A DNA stretch of 63,032 nucleotides, the filler included, from Olpidium bornovanus S191 (Eukaryota > Fungi > Olpidiomycota): assembly GCA_017911155.1 (NCBI GenBank). It is 27 parts of 27 records of this genome, joined end to end, with 100 filler letters (N's around TTAATTAATTAA, not from the genome) between each part and the next. Parts side by side here need not be neighbours in the genome. Positions count along the whole stretch, not along the records: positions 59,406 to 61,855 come from JAEFCI010006708.1; positions 61,956 to 63,032 come from JAEFCI010005339.1; 25 more parts are not named here. One strand, written 5' to 3'. Of the stretch, positions 59,547-63,032 are shown piece by piece. The notes beneath the pieces were generated by a model. That model saw nothing but the letters and a program-made list of their open reading frames with translations, did not search any database and was not told where the DNA came from. The translations under genes were made by a program, and so were the position numbers. Position 1 is the first letter of the stretch, and every line of letters starts with the position of its first letter.

Positions 59547-61542
59547 CTTTTGCGCAGGCCGGCCCCGCGAAGCTGCCGAAGGTCCCGCCGGCCGGCGCCT
59601 CAGGACCTCCGACGGCGGTGGAGAAGAAGGAGAAACGCAGGGAGAAGACTTCGACGGCGAAAGGGAAGAACGCGACGGCCGTTGCCGGGAGGACGGCCGC
59701 CGCTGGCGCGAAGCGATCGGAGAAGAAGAAGCGCAGGGGAGGAGGCGAGGACAGGGAGAGCGAGGGCGAGGACGAGGAGGACGCGATAGAGAGGGCGTAC
59801 GAGGCGCGGCATAAGAAGCGCAAGGCCCGGGCGGACTGCGCGGGCGCCGCGGAGAAAGGGAAGCGGCGGCGGAAGGGGGACGTCGGCGGCCGCCGCGGGG
59901 AGGCCGCGGGTGACGCCGTCGCGGAGGAGGAAGAAGCGGCTGCCGGACCGGAAGATGACGACGACGACGACGACGAGCTTGCGGACCTCGACGTCGAGGA
60001 GTCCGAGGAAGACGGAGAGGCGGAGGAGGAGGAGGAGGAGCGAGGCGGAGGAGGGGACGCGGAGGATAAAGGGGTGGCGGCGTGGCCGGAGGAGGCGAAG
60101 GGCTCCGCGGCGGCGCCTCGCGCTGCACCCGCCAAGGATAGCGCCGAAGAACTCGCCAGGACGCTGTTCGTCGGCAACCTTCCCTCATCTGTTGTAACGG
60201 ATAAGGTATGCGGGCTCCGGCGAACATTATTTCTCTTACCCCCCCCCCCCACCTCCTTCCCGGTCGCCGAAAATCGGTAACCCTCGACAAACGGGCGGTT
60301 CTCGGCTTTCCCGTTAATAACGTCTTTATACCAGGCACAAAAGAAGCAGCTGATTAACCTATTCAAGAAATACGGCGAAATCGACAGCGTCCGCTTCAGA
60401 TCCATTGTAAGGCCGTGTGAACGCCGACGTTTTTTATGTTGATTTGGGTATCTGAACAGGATCTGAACAGGATCGCTTCATGCCATTTTCATATTTTTCA
60501 CCTTTTTTTTCAAATCTTGCACGCCGAAGGCGTTCGCTGAGATGAAACCGCGGAAGGCCGCGTTTATCGAGAAGAAATTTCACCCCGAGCGCCACACGGT
60601 GAACTCATATGTCAAGTTCGCGATCGAAGCGGACGCACGGAGAGCGCTGGAACTGAACGGCACGGAGTTCATGGGCCGCCACGTGCGGGTGGACACGGCC
60701 GCGGACGCGGGGAAGAACCACGATCACAAGCGGTCGGTGTTCGTAGGTAACCTTCCCTTGGACGCCGAGGAGGAGGCGTTGTGGGAGGCGTTCGGCATTT
60801 TCGGCACCGTGGAAAGCGTGCGCATCGTCCGCGACAGGGCCACCAACGTCGGGAAAGGTGCTGCACAAGCCTGTTTTTGTTCTTTTTTGTTTTGCTTTGG
60901 ATTTTTGTTGTTTTGTTTTGGATTTTTTTGGATTTGTTTTTCGTTTTTTTTCGTTTTTTTTTTCTTCTGGCGGGCCTTCACGCAGGCGTCCGTCACTTTG
61001 GCCCCCGGTCTTCCTCCCTTTTTGAAACGGCCGATTAATTGTTACCCTCCCGTCTTACAGGCTTCGGCTACGTCCAGTTTGCGAAGCCGCTCTTTGCGGA
61101 GTTGGCCCTGAAGCTCCACGACACCAAAGTCTGCGGGCGCAAGGTCCGGGTCTTCCGGTGCAACAAGCAGGCTGCCAATAAGCGAGCGTCTTCGGCGCCG
61201 GCCGAGTCGCCGGGGCCATCGAAACGTTTAAAGAAGGACTCCTCGACCGCCGGCCCGGAAAAGACGAGTGGGCGCCGCCGCGGCGGCAGCCGATCCCGGG
61301 CGCGCGCGGCCGAGTGGAGAAAAAAGGCGGGGGACTCAGCTGACGCGCGCGAGGGGGCGGGGACGGCGCCGAACGGCCCGCACAATAGGCCGAAACACCG
61401 GGCCAACAAGAGGAAGAAGACGGGCCCGGGCGGTGCCGGCGCCGTGCGCGTTTCGGCCGCCGCCGCCAAAGCCGCCAAGGAGAGGAAGGCGGCGCGGAAG
61501 GTTTCTAAGGCCCTGAAGAAAAGGGAGCGCAAATCCAAGTGA
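59547..61542 (+). CDS. NOP12: Nop12/RBM34 nucleolar RRM protein (5' partial)
   Basis: Acidic/Lys-rich N-terminus, RTLFVGNLP, YGEIDSVRFRSI/AF..PRKAAFI, NSYVKF, RSVFVGNLP..VESVRIVRD..NVGKG/FGYVQF and RKVRVFRC. Confidence 0.9.
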
Positions 61543-61955
61543 ACGACATTATGAACGGGATGCCCACTTCGAAAGCGCGGGTTTTCGACCCCACCCACAA
61601 ACCTACTACTTCCTCCCCCCACCCCCAGATTTTTTTTTGAGGACAACGAGACCCAGGCTGGCTGTCCGTAAAGCCCATGGCACGGGCCACGGAACGTTGT
61701 CTGGTCGACAAGCCCCATATTGCGGGGCACTATACATGTGTACGAGTGCGGGTTGAGCGCTGCAGCGGGAGGTCTGTACCCACTTGCGGTTCCGGAGACA
61801 CAATTTTGGGGGGCCGGTGCGTCTGCCGATTGACCGGCGACGTTTTGGGGCGGAGNNNNNNNNNNNNNNNNNNNNNNNNNNNNNNNNNNNNNNNNNNNNT
61901 TAATTAATTAANNNNNNNNNNNNNNNNNNNNNNNNNNNNNNNNNNNNNNNNNNNN

Positions 61956-62650
61956 GCGGGACCCTCAGCGCAGGCGGCCAGGAACTCCCCCCAGGACATC
62001 GAAACCTCCTGCTTGAGGAAACGCTCTTCCACGAACGACTCGACATCGAAACCCTCCTGGACCTCGCATCGAAGGCACCCTCGAGTGACCTTGTCCTTAG
62101 CCGGGGCCGGCACGGTTTTTCTCTGGGCTCCCTCCCGCTCCAGCTGGTTCCGAGGAGGTGGAGCGCCTTTTTTGTTCGCACCGGCACCACGTAGACCAGA
62201 CTGGGCTATTGACGCCTGCGTTTCGGCCGCCGGCCTGGCCCTCTTTGCCGCGCGGTCGTCGGTTCCGACCTGTGTTCGCTTCTTCTCCACCCATGCATTG
62301 ATATTGTTGTTGACCGTCCGCTCGTGTCCCCCAGGCGGACCCCACTCTCTGAAGTCCCCCTCTGGGTCCCAGCCAAAGTCCCCCTCGGACCCGCAACCCC
62401 ACCCACCTTGCGACTCCCTGTCCTTTCCCTCCCGTAGTTGGATCGCGTTACTGCACGCGGTCCCGCCGGCCGGCGGTTCCCCCGACTGTTGAGGCCGCAG
62501 CCCCCGCTCTTCTCGAACAGTCTGGCGAATTCCTCGCCTCCCGAATCTCACCCCCAGCACGCTTCCATCCAGCCTACAGATCCTCTTGGCCACCAACTGG
62601 ATGGCTCCCGCGTTCAACGCGGCTTGGAAGTCGGAACATTCTGCCCGGCG
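61956..62650 (-). mobile_element. Ty3/Gypsy gag C-terminal to pre-protease region
   Basis: CSDFQAALNAGAIQLV..I..LDG and PAKDK..LRCEVQEGFDVESF..LKQEVSMSWGEFLAAC resemble the gag-protease junction of fungal Ty3/Gypsy elements. Confidence 0.55.
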
Positions 62651-62698
62651 AAAAAAAAAAAAGGAGAGAGAAGAAGGGAGATAGATGTAGAGACGGAC

Positions 62699-62749
<51 letters not shown>

Positions 62750-62962
62750 GGAGAGAGTTTGAAAGGTGCTGGAAACCGGTCAGAAGCTAAGCACTTCCAC
62801 TTTCCTCCATACCTTTTAATAGGGCAAAACCGGTCAGACCCTGCGCGACGCCACCTTCCGCCGCTGCTTAAACAAAAAAAAGAAAAAAAAAAAGATCGGC
62901 GGCACCGAAAAAAAAAAAGGGCAGAGAGAGGAAGGGAGATAGATGGAGAGACGGGCAGAGAG

Positions 62963-63007
<45 letters not shown>

Positions 63008-63032
63008 GGAGAGAGTTTGAAAGGTGCTGGAA
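62650..63032. repeat. Direct repeat, 258-bp period, containing (GA)n microsatellite
   Basis: GAGATAGAGATGGAGAGAGTTTGAAAGGTGCTGGAA ends at 62774 and at 63032. Confidence 0.85.

Overview
This is not a contiguous locus. It is 27 short contigs (about 1.1-4.1 kb) joined by 26 identical artificial 100-bp linkers (N44-TTAATTAATTAA-N44), so adjacency across a linker means nothing. The DNA is a GC-rich, intron-rich fungal nuclear genome: an APSES domain indicates a fungus, and RalGAP-beta-like and kanadaptin-like genes suggest an early-diverging lineage (inference; species not determined). Recognisable spliced genes or fragments: POL5/MYBBP1A, an SH3 exon, a P4-ATPase C-terminus, ribokinase, RALGAPB-like, a Rim15/IRE-like fragment, a glycine-zipper protein, ethanolamine kinase, Mbp1/Swi4-type APSES factor, FLX1/SLC25A32 carrier, BET1, kanadaptin, VPS35, LOS1, a multi-OB-fold protein, TCERG1-like, ERV46 and NOP12. 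There is also an intronless bacterial-type RsmE head-to-head with ribokinase and a disabled ubiquitin-like/Cys-rich/RING gene. Several contigs are decayed, nested Ty3/Gypsy and Ty1/Copia debris. The best-supported novelty is a complete 359-bp miniature LTR retroelement (TRIM) at 52210-52568. Its LTRs each contain a tRNA-derived Pol III module, and it has a half-tRNAiMet-type PBS, a PPT and an exact 5-bp TSD. A third, truncated LTR copy sits at 12695. All exon boundaries and protein identities were assigned by eye from motifs; no database searches were run.
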